Source: Lama glama (taxonomy: Eukaryota). From it: 64,000 nt of DNA. The notes under the pieces were generated by a model, which was not told the DNA's origin, ran no database searches, and saw only the letters and a list, made by a program, of their open reading frames with translations. Position 1 is the stretch's first letter. Every line of letters starts with the position of its first letter. The stretch covers positions 23,188,001-23,252,000 of the forward strand of contig CM052837.1 of assembly GCA_028534125.1 (NCBI GenBank), read 5' to 3'. This document shows positions 27,194-39,280 of this stretch, one piece after another. A program made the position numbers and the translations under genes.

Positions 27194-28559
27194 GATTTTG
27201 GTAGTGGAATTTAATTTAGTAGTTACTTATGCAACATTTAATGTGGTGACCTAGTTTTCAGTGATATGTAGCCCTATTATATTACCTATAATCCTTTTTT
27301 TTTTTTTTTTAAGATTTCGTGGCGGAAAGAGTATTTGAGCTAGCCATGGAAAGACAGTTAAGACCTTGGCATGGGAAGGTGATGGCTAGAAAGAGGGGCA
27401 CTCCAGACAATGAGAAAGAAGTATTCTAATGTTCTTTGTTCTGGGAAAAACCCAGTTAGATGGATGTCTGGGTTAACAAGATGAGTTAGAAAATGAGGCC
27501 CCCAAAAAGTGACTTGAGGCAAAACCATTAACTGCTATTTCAAGAAGATGAGACTTGATTCTGAAGTGAACAAGAAGACATTAAAAATAGTTGAGAAAGA
27601 AAGTATAGGACTTAGCCACAAGTGGCATGAGGGTTCTAAGAAAAAGGATTCCTAGCTTGGATAAAGGGTGGCTGTTTACTCTATTAATAGAGATAAGGAC
27701 CTTAAGAGAGGAATGGGAGTTCAGCATATGTATTGGCTTTGGCATCTTTGGGCACATCCCTTTATCTCTGGCCTGCAAACGAAGGATTGAATAATTTCTA
27801 AGATTCCACTCAACTCAACTCAAGTTTTAATAATTCTAGTTATTTTGTTTAGTAACCTATAATGGTGATGAGCATTAAGAAATCTTCATTTCTTAAATTA
27901 GAGGATTAGAAATTCATTAAATTGTTGGATGAATTAAGACGTGGAAGTCAGGGATGACTCTAGTACTCTCCATCTAGGGGAAGGAGACACTGGAAATAAG
28001 GAGGAAGGCACAGCCGGAAAATAATGATTACGTACTTACTCAGAGTTGTTAAAGTGTATATGATCTTTCCTAAAAGGGTTTTTTAAAGATTGTTTCTTCT
28101 GTTGTCTTCTTCAAAATGTATTATAGAAACTATGATTTCATAATTAAAATTGAATTTTCTTTCATAAGAAAAAAATAAATCTTCATTTCATAGAGCCTTT
28201 AAGAAACTAGCTGCTGTGTTCTTTCCCCAGAGGCAACTTTTGAATTTACCCTAGAATCTTTATTTAACAAACATTATTTAAGCTTTAATTGCCTGCTTTC
28301 CTTTGAAGGGCCATAGATTTCCGTTTCCACAGCTTGGAAGCTTTCTAGGCTGTCCCATAGGAATCCCCTGTGACTCCATTGGCTGCAGCCTGCAGGGGTC
28401 TGCTGCCTTCATAAAATGGGCAGGTATCTGGCATGAGTTCGTCCTCTTAGCCATTAGTGGCTAGGTCTTGTTCGCAAAAGATAAAGAGGCTCCTTCTACC
28501 CTTAGCAGTGTTTTCGTTTTTGCTTTGCTTGGGGAGTTAGGTACCAGAGCCGGCAAGTA

Positions 28560-28770
28560 CATGACTTGGAGCCAGACTGCCTGAGTTTAAATCCTAGTTA
28601 GCCCTCATTAGATGTATTTCCTTGGGAGAGTTACTTAACCTTTCCATGTCTCTGTTTCCACATCTATAAAATAAAGATACTCATACTTATCTCAGTTTTG
28701 TTATGGGGATTAAATTGCTTAGAAGAGTGCCTGGCACTTAGTACTGTTCAAGTATCTGTTAAATATTTTT
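28560..28770 (+). mobile_element. MIR SINE
   Basis: ggagccagactgcctgagtttaaatcc...cttgggagagttacttaacct...tgtttccacatctataaaat...ggattaaat...gtgcctggcac. Confidence 0.85.
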
Positions 28771-30904
28771 ATTGGTGATAGAGGACAGACTTGTTTTTGT
28801 TTTCTTTAACAGATGGTTTCCCATAGCCAACATCCTCACTTCCCAGAATATTAGACACAGCATTTTTTCCTAAAGAGGCAGCAAATGCCCTCTTGGGGCA
28901 GAAGGAAAATACTTTTTTCTCCTGATTTCCTACTGCCATCCCCCTATTTCTTCCCTCTCTCCCACCTTTCTTCCTAGTAAGTACCATAAGGGAACCCCGG
29001 TCAGCCCTCTCTGTTGCCTGCTCAGCTCCAACAAGGGTCACAGACCAAAGGCTTCATTATCATTGCTTTAAAAATAGTGTAGTTTACTTTTTTCTTAGTG
29101 GAATTTAGCTAATTGATGCATAAAATAGGCATGAACACTCTGGCTTCGAATCTTCCCATTTGTTCTCTTTGGCATTGACTTCTGCTTGTCCAGGCCCTGC
29201 TGTACGGTAGATCTTATACCCAGACAGACATGAGCCCTGAGCCAAGGAGTTGGCTTCTGTGCATAGCCAATAATTTGGTGTTTTCTCTCTGAGTTCCTGA
29301 TGATGAAATTCGTATTTCATCCAAAAGTGTGACCACTACAGAGGTTTTAGGAATGCTAGCTTGTCTGTATTTTGGCTTTCAGTGTATCCCAGACTAAAAT
29401 TATTCTTAAAATGTACTTGTTCTTCAGATCTTTTAGTTCCTTACTTTGGTCGTTATTAAGACTTCCTTCTAGTTTATTTTTCTTACTTAGCTCCACTGAA
29501 GCTCCTTCAATATTTCAGTCATCTGTACTGCTGCTCCTGAACTGGCCAGTAGTTATAGTTAAAGCCCATTTTGTATCTTTGACATTATAACTGTTGTGTT
29601 CGGAAAAGTAGCAGGATCAATGGAAAAACTCAGGTAACATCTCTTAAAACAGGTAGTCAACATACGAGCTTTTACACTGGTCAGAATTTCCATCATCTCA
29701 CTGTCAGTGGAAAAGGTGCTGCCCTTTAAGCCACCGTGAATGTCAAACCGGTTTTAAGTCTTGGAAAAAGAGGTACATGCTAGGAAATCCTGAATGATGA
29801 TGAGTCAGCCTAACTGATCCCACATTGACTGCATTTTCTACCAGTGGCCAAAAGCCTGCTTCTAACTTCCATGGCACAGCCTTAGACGTGATTTTGTATC
29901 AGAGGATTTGATCCCCAAGTGCATCTGCTACTTACTTCAGGTACGTTCATTCCTAAGAAAGACGGACACTGGCACTCCTGCCAGTGTGAGGTTATGGGTG
30001 AGGGGTAGGACTCCCAGTACTCTGCTCTCTATTTCTGGAGGCAGGGACAGGAACAGCCTCTGACAAGTAGGTATGATGTTAGCATTGTGTTCAGAGACCT
30101 AATAGGGCTCCATAAACCCAAATTTCTAACAGTCCCCAATGTACCTTGTACCACCAGATGTTCCTTAACCCTGAATCATCTGAGCTCATGTAGTATAAGA
30201 ATCCAAACTTGCTCTCTTAAATTCAAACGGTTGGAAATAGAGGATTGAGTTTCCTTTAAAAAGTCGGGTTTGATAGTTTCATCTCATTCTAGTCTTTGTG
30301 ATTAATTATGACCTACAAAGGGGTTACTACTCTAGCAGGAACTTTGAATTTCCTGGATAAATTTCCCCCTGGTTAGCAGGCAGAGGATCCTGTGTTCACT
30401 TTTTTCACTTTCCTGGGATAGCCTGGGTACTCTCTCATTGCCATGTCATTTGTTGATTTTTTCCCCCTGATCTCTGTTGGTGTGATATTAAATACCAAAG
30501 CTGAAAACTGGAGGTCTGTGTGTGTATTTATAGGTGCCCATGCTGTGATTGCCAGAAGGCCAGTTTTATAGTGAAACAGACTAATGTTCTAAGAATTGCT
30601 TTGAGAAAGAGACCAAGGGGGAAAGGAGGGATGTGGAACATAAAGGAATAAAGAATATTGAGTATTCCTAAACTTAGGTTCCTGAATCAGCCGTTCAGAG
30701 TTTCATGCAAAGATAGAATGAGAAGCAGCTATCCCAAAGGTTTTATCATTTCAGATATCCTAGATCTCTATTCTGGAAAGTTTCTACTTGATGGTAAAAT
30801 AAAATTTTGACCATATACATCAAATCTCAGACTGGCCACACGCGTTTGTCTCTAACACCAAGCTACCGTAAGTGATAGTTATCAACTTTATGGAAATATA
30901 ACAG

Positions 30905-31102
30905 TATTGATTTAGTGGAAAGTACTCTGAACTTGGGGATGGAAATAATTGAGTTCAAATTCCAACTTCCCTTCTTTCTAGCTTTATAACTTTGAATAAG
31001 ACTTTGAACCACTGACTTCTCTGTTTCATTCTAAGGGGGTAATAAAGTCTACTTCACAGGAGTGTTGTGAGTACTTAATTAGTGTGTGTGAAAGCATTGA
31101 AA
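30905..31102 (+). mobile_element. MIR SINE (degenerate)
   Basis: tagtggaaagtactctgaactt...gagttcaaattcc...tctacttcacaggagtgttgtgag...tgtgtgaaagca. Confidence 0.6.
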
Positions 31103-33426
31103 ACAATGCTTGCCTAGAAAGTGGGGTGTTTTTTTTTTCCTTTTTTCTTACTTTAGGGGAGAAAAGTATATTCATCTTTTAATGTTATGAATACAACTAT
31201 TACACATTTTTTACTTACAGGTGTAAACTTCTGTAGATGACTATTAATTCCTCTTACAAAGTTACTGTTCAAAACTAAAACTACAGTGCTTGTATAATGG
31301 AATAGTAAGCTCAGACATTTTGCTGGTAATGTCAGAACCTTGGGCCTGTAATTTCAAATCTGTAAACTTCTGAATAATCAGTTGTAATCTTGGTGCCTTT
31401 GCTTTTTCACCAGTCATTCTAAAGCTGGAGAAATGAATGAGAATTGGAAGTAAGAGTGTTAATACAACTGAGAGCCATTTTTGTACAAACTAAAAGATAA
31501 ATCTGTTTTCAAAACATTGCATTTTGGTAAAAAACAGATTATGAGAGCACCTTGAGTAGAGAGTGACATCATAATAATGCTGAGAAAGAAAAGTCTAATG
31601 GGAAATGTTGATTACCATGTGCTTCCAAGCACGCTAGAACTAGGCTCAACTCTCATGAGTTAAAAAGTTTGCTCATGTAGAAACTTGTCGTGTGTCAACG
31701 TGTGACACATCTAAATAACAACCTAATGAGAGCAACATAGAAGGAGAGTATATAAAGCAAGAAAAGAGGACGTTGATTCTTTTCCATCTGTGACGGTTCC
31801 TGAGTCTTCCCTAAACCTGTAATCCTGTTTATACTAGGCCCCCTGCCCTCCTGGCTGGATTTCAGAGATTTTCTGCTTGTTTGTTATCCAAACTCCTAGC
31901 TTTGGTTGGGGCTCCTTTTGTACCCACAGATGTGAGTGACAGCAGATGCATTACTGATCCAGGTTCTGTGGCTCTCACCTGACTAGTCGCCATCATTTGT
32001 TTTTCCCCTTTTAGCCTTTGATGTAGCTGAGTATGCTAGCCAGACCTCTTTAGAATAAACTTTGTGAGATAGTCATAGCCCAATGAGCTCATTGCTGGTA
32101 AAAATCTAATTTTTTTCTGGGCTGGAGGTAGTAAATGTGACAGATGGGAAATATAGTCTGTGGTGGAAAAGGCAAGAGCTGATATAACCTATAGGCCTGA
32201 CTGTCGCTGTCACCTAGGGTTGCTGCCAACTGTCCTGTGTCTGGGGTGGACCCCTATTTCAAAGCACTTGAGTTCATGCTCCCTTTTGTTAACTTGTGCA
32301 ATGTATTGGTTGCTGTTGTGAGCAAGGTGCCTAAATTGCCTGCCAGGTGCACTCAAGTAAAGTCAGCCAGTGTTCTGCCAACTTAAACTACAGCTTGTGA
32401 TTTTTGCTCTTTAGTCTTTGTCCACATGCATGTTTTTATATAAATGCAGTCATTGTGTATGTTCCTTTTTTGCATTATGTGTCATAAACATTCTCCGTGT
32501 ATGTTTGTAGGACTCACAAATTATAGCATAGCTACATAATGATGATAACTGTGATACATAGCTTTGATATATCAGTTTCCCCCTCTTGTTACTCACTAAG
32601 ATTGTTATCAGGCTTTTCTTTTTCTTGTTGGTTTTTGTTTCCTTTTTGTCGGGAATCATCCAAGTGAACATCTTTCTATAATGTTTTCCCAAAGTGAAAT
32701 CTCCAGGAGCTAGATCCCAGGGCATGACTACTTTAATGGCTCTTTCTTTGTAATGTCATATTTTACTTTCCAGAGGAGCAATACCTTTTTAAAGTGCTAC
32801 CCATGTGTTCACAAGCCACTCTGAAAGCAAGGCTTTTAAATGTTTAGCACGGGACATGCCTTTGCTTTTAGATGGGCCTTGTCTTATTGTGAGGAAAGGA
32901 CCAAACAGGATTTATAAGCCCCATTTAGAAGTGACTAGTTTTTCCTAGTTAAAAGGGGCAGGAAACATCGACTGTGTTGGGCTGCTTACTGTACAAGGCC
33001 TTGGTGTGGCTACATTTGTGATACGTCTCAAGTCTGGCACTGAGCCACCAAATGATTTTTAATGACATGTTTTTTACCTCCTCACATCAGGTATAAATGC
33101 TCAAGCTGGAGCTTTCATTGTTTTTTTTGCTGGTAGAATGTGGAAATACAGTAGCTTTGCTGTATAGTCTGAACTACTTTTTAAAAAATGTCCTGGTTTG
33201 TTTAGAATGACTATGCTTCTCTATGTGGTTCCTTTGCTCCTTTGAAAAAAAAAAACATTAACAAGATAAAGAAGGTGTGTAGCCAAGAGCCTCTACTTGA
33301 GCCTTCTGTCAGGACTGGTATTTAAAGCTTTGTAAGTTTCCATGGTCCATGTTATTTTAGGGTGTCTCGTGAGTTGATCCTGTGAAATGAACTCTGGTCC
33401 CTACTCTGGGCTAACTCTTTGTGTCT

Positions 33427-33566
33427 NNNNNNNNNNNNNNNNNNNNNNNNNNNNNNNNNNNNNNNNNNNNNNNNNNNNNNNNNNNNNNNNNNNNNNNNNN
33501 NNNNNNNNNNNNNNNNNNNNNNNNNNNNNNNNNNNNNNNNNNNNNNNNNNNNNNNNNNNNNNNNNN
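33427..33566 (+). other. TOP1: Assembly gap (140 N) inferred to contain TOP1 exon 4 (about 124 nt)
   Basis: Exon 4 (EHKDSEKKHKEKEK...) was not found between exons 3 and 5. The gap follows a branch point-like ctaac plus tctttgtgtct and lies about 950 nt before exon 5. Exon 3 ends in phase 2 and exon 5 starts in phase 0, so an exon is required between them. Confidence 0.8.
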
Positions 33567-34510
33567 AGGACTTTCCAGTGGGGAAAGAAGAGAAGTGGGA
33601 TGTACTTTTCACTGTATTTACCTTTGAGAGCAGGTGGTGGAGGTACCTTCATTGCACAGTAAGACTCCTAGGCCTTTGGGTGGAAAAGTCTGTGTCAGGA
33701 GACTTCAGAGCCAGTCGTAGGTCTTAAACTATGAAAACCGGAGCCCTTTACCACAGTATTTCACGGCACCAAATCTGTCTGTATCATTACCTCATTTTAT
33801 ATGCCAAATGGATAAGTTGAGCAATGTGGGGCTTCTGGAAATACTGTTTTCTTTCGGGGGAAAATAAATTGTTTTAAGGAGAAGGCCTAATGCCACTTTG
33901 TTCCTCTGCTGAATGAAAAATTCCTCCTGAGTGAAAGATAATTTAGTGATGCTGGTGCCCTTTGTGGCTTTTGGTTGCTATATAACCAGTACAAGCCCTC
34001 TCAAATAGTTAGGCTTATCTGGCTGTGAATGAGTAGTAGTAATAATGTGCATAGATGTTTAAAAAATTTTTTATTTCAGTTTCTAAAAAAGTAATGCTGA
34101 TTGAACTTGGTAAATTCAGACAATATAAAATAGGGAATAACAGTGACAAATGCATCTCCCTTTCACCACCAATTCACTGTCCTCCATCTTTTCCTTTCTG
34201 GACATAGCCATTATAATATTTTTTGTATTCTTCCATTGACACTTTGTGTGTGTGTTTGTATAAAAAGTCACCATTTTGAGGGGAAACATTTCTCAGTATA
34301 TTGGGAAATTCACCTTAAAGAATTGTAAAAAATGAGTCTTGGAAAAACGTCAAGACCTTGGTTCACCTGCTTAGTTTTGCTAACAGGGAAAGTCAGTCTG
34401 AGATCAAGATGCCCTAAGAATTGAGGCCACATATTCTAAAATAAGGGAGAGGCTTCTTCAAGTTTAGTCCTTTTAAGGTACTAATCAGTTATTGTTGTTT
34501 TACCTTTCAG

Positions 34511-34566
34511 ATTAGAGCCTCTGGGGATGCAAAAATAAAAAAGGAAAAGGAAAATGGCTTCTCTAG
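34511..34566 (+). CDS. TOP1: TOP1 exon 5 (56 nt): IRASGDAKIKKEKENGFS(S)
   Basis: ctttcag|ATTAGAGCC...TCTAG|gtaaga; contains the IKKE SUMO consensus. Confidence 0.97.
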
Positions 34567-34811
34567 GTAAGACTCCTCTGCTGCCTTGGCTTCTGTTTCT
34601 CCATGTGTACCCAGTAGACCAGCTGCCGGTGTTGTTGTATTGTCTGAGCTTGCCTAAAATGCACTGACCTGGCCATCTCCGGGTTTTCAAGGAAGTTGGC
34701 TGTGAGAGGATTGATCTAAGCCAACATGAGAATTTCTAGAGTGCCATTTAGTGAAACTGACAAGCACATTTTCTAGAAGGCCATTCTGAATATAAAAGGT
34801 TGACAGGAAGA

Positions 34812-34975
34812 AATTTTTTAAATTGAGATATAATTTATAGTCTGTAAAAACACCCCTTTAAAGTGTACAGTTTACTGGTTTTTAGTATTTTACAAGGTTA
34901 TATTACCTCCCCACTACCTTCTGTCTAATTTCAGAACACTTTCATCACCCTCAAAAAAAACTCCATAGCCAGTAG
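34812..34975 (-). mobile_element. L1MB-like 3' end fragment
   Basis: ttgagatataattt...ccctttaaagtgtacagtttactggtttttagtattttacaaggt...tctaatttcagaacactttcatcaccc. Confidence 0.75.
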
Positions 34976-37000
34976 TGATTTTGGAGTTTCCTGAAAAAAC
35001 CCTACTCTGAATTCCTCCTTAGTGCTATTCTGTGGCTCATGTATAGAAGCTTACTTGATCTATGTTTTAGGGTTGGGTGTAGACCTGAGTGCAAATACGT
35101 TCTCTCTCTTCCAGAAGGAGAGGAAAATGAGTATAATCTAGAAGTCACTTTTCCTGTACTTTTTTTTTTTTTTTGCCATTTTGATTCTGTTTTCCTTATC
35201 AGCCTCAACTCCCTGAAATAAACTGAGTGTCTTCTTTAGTTTCAAGAAACCAGGACTTCATGAACCTGTATTTTCAGCTGCTCCACTGAAAGGCAGGATG
35301 GATTTACTAGGAGTTGTTGGAAGTGTTCGCATTATTGTCTCAGGCAAAGTGTTTTGAGAGTTTTGCTTTCTTGAAACTTTGAACTTTTAGTTTTGTTTGA
35401 GAACATTTTTGAAAATTATGCCATGTACTTTGGGTCCATTAGACCAAAAGAAGCCGGTGCCCTCTTCAGGCATGTTCTGTAACTGTTCTAGGAATGCAGA
35501 ATAATAAAATACAGGAAGCTAGGCATTCTGACTTCTTAGACATCAGTGACTGGGCACAGGGCAGCTATTTTTTGCCAAGAGACTGCCTTGGACTTTTATT
35601 AAACTGAGACTAAGATATGAATGGACTTGGTGTGTAGTCCTGGGTTGGTTTCAGACTTTCTGGGTTAGATAGTTGGAGCACACCCTTCAAGGTCGTGGGC
35701 TGCTCACTAGCTTGCATGCATATCTTTGTAGAGAATCCACACACTTCGCTGGCTAGGTCACAGTTTTCTGGTAATTGTTTTAGAAATTCTTTCCTCAGGC
35801 CTAGTAACCTCACACGTTTGTAACTTCACTCAACGATAATACTAGAATCTAGTAACTTAAACAGTGTTTCTTTCTTTCTAGTGCAAAGCTTTTGGGTATT
35901 TTGGACCTGTGGGTTGTGCAGTGATTTCAGTGGTGGGGAGAAAAAACTATAGAGGTCAGCATTTTGAGGAATGTGCATAAATAAGGAAGGAAAAGATTAA
36001 TCTCTTAAACATTCAGATTCAGTTGCAAGCAAGGGGATCCAGTATGCTTGGGGAGTGAGTGAGTAGCATCATTGAAACCCCATGAATATCCTGACTTCTT
36101 TGGCAGCTGAATCTGGATGCTAATCCCTTGGCACTCTTTGATAGAGATGGGTGACTTCGTGTCAGGAGGCCATTCCTTGTACTGAGGTATCCTGTAGGTG
36201 TTTCTGGCTGGGAGTAACGAGTTTCTAACAAGATGTGCCAGGCCAAGGGGCACTCCAGGTTGTGGTGACTACTGGTCCTGTTGGTTTTTTAACTTCTTCC
36301 TTCTTTTTGGTTCAAGATAATTATCTAACAGAATCATCTTTTTATATTCAGAAGGAAAAATCTTAAAAATAGGATAAGGCACTCTTCTGTGTATAAAGTA
36401 AGTAAACCAAAGGAGGAAGTTGAACAGCGAATAATTGGCTTAGAATTACTTCGCTTTGTTCTGGGCCTCTCATTTAGCATAATGTCAGCTTGCTTATTTT
36501 CCCATGTAAATAAGATTATTTTCCCTTAGAACTTTTAAAGTATCAAGTTTGGGGAATACATTTTTATTCTTTTTTTGATAAAAGCTATATTTTAGCTTTT
36601 GGAGCACTAGAATAATCAATTCAGATTGTTAGTGGGGTCACATACACAGTAGATCCCTCTAATAAGGCGAGGACACAATTTAGGTTTGTTCCTGTTATGG
36701 TGTGGGTGGTGCTGGCAGAGAGAGCGAAGATGTAGTGGGAAGAATACTGAGAGTAAGGAGTCCTAACCCCAAACCTTGATATCTGTCACCAGTTCATCTG
36801 TAAAATGAGGGTTCTGATGCACAAGGTTGTAGTGAGAATTGAGAAAAAATGCTCATGGAAAACCTTTATGATATGTACAATTGTATGTTGTTATCCTTCT
36901 GTTAGCTGCTTCTCAGTGAGGTAATTTATCTCTACTTTGCATTACTTTATATAATGTTGATGTTCCAACACTCATTAAAATAGCAGTTTTTTCCCTTTAG

Positions 37001-37096
37001 TCCTCCACGAATTAAAGATGAACCTGAAGATGATGGCTATTTTGCTCCTCCTAAAGAGGACATGAAGCCACTAAAGAGACCTCGAGACGAGGATGA
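37001..37096 (+). CDS. TOP1: TOP1 exon 6 (96 nt): PPRIKDEPEDDGYFAPPKEDMKPLKRPRDED(D)
   Basis: ccctttag|TCCTCCA...GATGA|gtgagt; contains the IKDE SUMO consensus (human K117). Confidence 0.97.
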
Positions 37097-38092
37097 GTGA
37101 GTATTTGTTACTTGGATTTTTGAAAACAGAAAGGAGTTTAGAGAATAAATGTGAAGTATGTCTCCACGGTACACAGAACAACTGCATTAGTTGACATTTT
37201 ACTCATTAGGAATTTGTGATTAATGGACTGGGTGACTGATTTCTCTTTGAGTTACGAGAAGTAGAGTTCGCTAAGCACATAAATAGGTGTATGTGAGGCT
37301 TAAATGGAGGAATATGTATTTACATTTTTCTTACTGTTTTTCTTATTAAAAAATACATACTTTATTGTTGGTATTTCAGGTAATTCAAAATTCATGGAGA
37401 TATTTAAGTTACTTTATCATCACTTACCCCAGATAAGTTTTCACTGTTAAAGCAGTTTTCCCTAGGATCTGTGCCTATAGCTACCTTCTAAGGGAAGTTT
37501 CAGCGTATAGGAGTAATAGAATTGCTGTTAATTTAGAACAGTTATTTGAGGCTTATGTGTACCTCTTTCTTACGAGGTTAAATCCTATTTATTATTTTTT
37601 GATCTTTTATAGTTTGTTATGTTCTAGAAATGTACAAAGGATTTATGGTAGAAAGTGAGTGGGAAGGGAGGAGGGAAATACTTAGTGAGCTCATTTGTGT
37701 TTATTCAGAATTCACAGAGAATTTCTTTCCTCCCCTTTCCGGCCAGTTATTCCTTTGTGGTAGCCATTGCTGCACTGTGCATTTGCTTCCCAGATTTCTA
37801 CTTATAGTCTTGTCTATTTCTGTATATATCCCTCTATTCCGCTTTTCTTCCAGGCCTGTGTGTAGTATGAAGTTGTTTGTTTTGTTCTATATAGAGCTGT
37901 AACTGTTGGTTCTTGTTCTGGCCTTCTTTACTTTCTCCATTCCTGTTCTTGACTGTAGAATGCCCAGCCATGAATAATAGCAACCACGCCTGCCTTGGAG
38001 GCCGCCAAGAAGAGTTTGGAGGTCCTAATTCTATTGGTGAGAACTACTGAGTCACAATTGTGTTAACTGCATATTCATGTTCCCCTTTCTAG

Positions 38093-38168
38093 TGCTGATT
38101 ATAAACCTAAGAAAATTAAAACAGAAGATACCAAGAAAGAGAAGAAACGAAAACTAGAGGAAGAAGAG
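38093..38168 (+). CDS. TOP1: TOP1 exon 7 (76 nt): ADYKPKKIKTEDTKKEKKRKLEEEE
   Basis: ctttctag|TGCTGAT...GAAGAG|gttagt; KKIKTED NLS/SUMO region; ends in phase 0. Confidence 0.97.
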
Positions 38169-39024
38169 GTTAGTAAAGAGACTTAGGCCCTTTGGGGCCT
38201 GAGTTTGGAATAGTGAGTTTCCCGTAAAACAACTTTTGAAGGCTAATGGGTTTTAGGAATTTATTGCTCTGTTGTAGAGGAAACAGTGGAAAAGACTCTT
38301 ACGTGTATTATGGCAGGTGTGGCACTATTAGTTTTAAGATCTCTCTTATTCTTTCTGGGTGTCTACCCATAGCTATGCTGTCAGCTAACATGTTCTTGGA
38401 GAAACTATGCCATCTTCGTACAATGTACAGGGGAAGTGTTAACAAGAAATCATATTTTTGCTTACAGTCTCATCTGGACTCATCTTATGCCTCTTCTCTA
38501 ATTTACTTTGTTCCAGCCACACAGACCTCCTTTGTTTCTTTTCCACACCAGATTCTTTTGTGCTTCAAAGCTTTGTGTAATACATGCTGTTCCCTCTGTC
38601 TGGAACACACATGCTCTTCCTATTTTTCTTTTTTCTCCTAGCTTGTAACCCTCCTTAGAATCTCAGTTTCAACTCAGGGACTTTAATAAGGGTTCTGTTT
38701 GATGCTTGTGGGAGATTTAAAATATAAGAATATGGTTCCTTCTTTTGATAGTTTCGATTTCTCGTACTAGAGAATTGTGGGCGAGTAATTAAAAAAAAAG
38801 ATGTCAGAAATTCACAGGGGTCTTAATCCTTCATTCTCCTAAGAGAAGGAGGTTGAGTGAGTTCTTAGTTCTTATGCTGCATTTGAGGTTAGCCACTGAC
38901 TTGGACAAAGTGGATTCAAAAGCGTGAAGTCAAATCAGTAAAGATAGTGATAGTAAGGAATAGTGAGTTTTAAGAGTATAATCTATCATAGTATTAGTAA
39001 AAATACTATTAATAATTCAATTTA

Positions 39025-39280
39025 AATGTAGTAGTTGCTTACTGTGTGCCAGGCACTCTTCTTTACACTTTATAGATAACATTTCATTTAATCCTTACAA
39101 CAACCCTTAGAGATAAATACTGCTACTAATATCTCCATTATACACATGCAGAAACTGAGGAGTGGAGAGGTTGACTCATTTGCCCGAGGTCACGTAGGTA
39201 GTAAGAGATAAAGCTGGGGTTTGATCCCATGTGGTTTGATTCTGGAGCCAGCACACTAGCTGCCATATTACCCTGCCTCC
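39025..39280 (-). mobile_element. Near full-length MIR SINE
   Basis: gcttactgtgtgccaggcact...tcatttaatccttacaacaaccct...gaaactgagg...ttgcccgaggtcac...ggggtttgatccca...tctggagcc. Confidence 0.9.

Noticed and set aside
29794-29820. Box C/D snoRNA (atgatga...ctga)
   Set aside because: The boxes are too close together and no terminal stem is visible.
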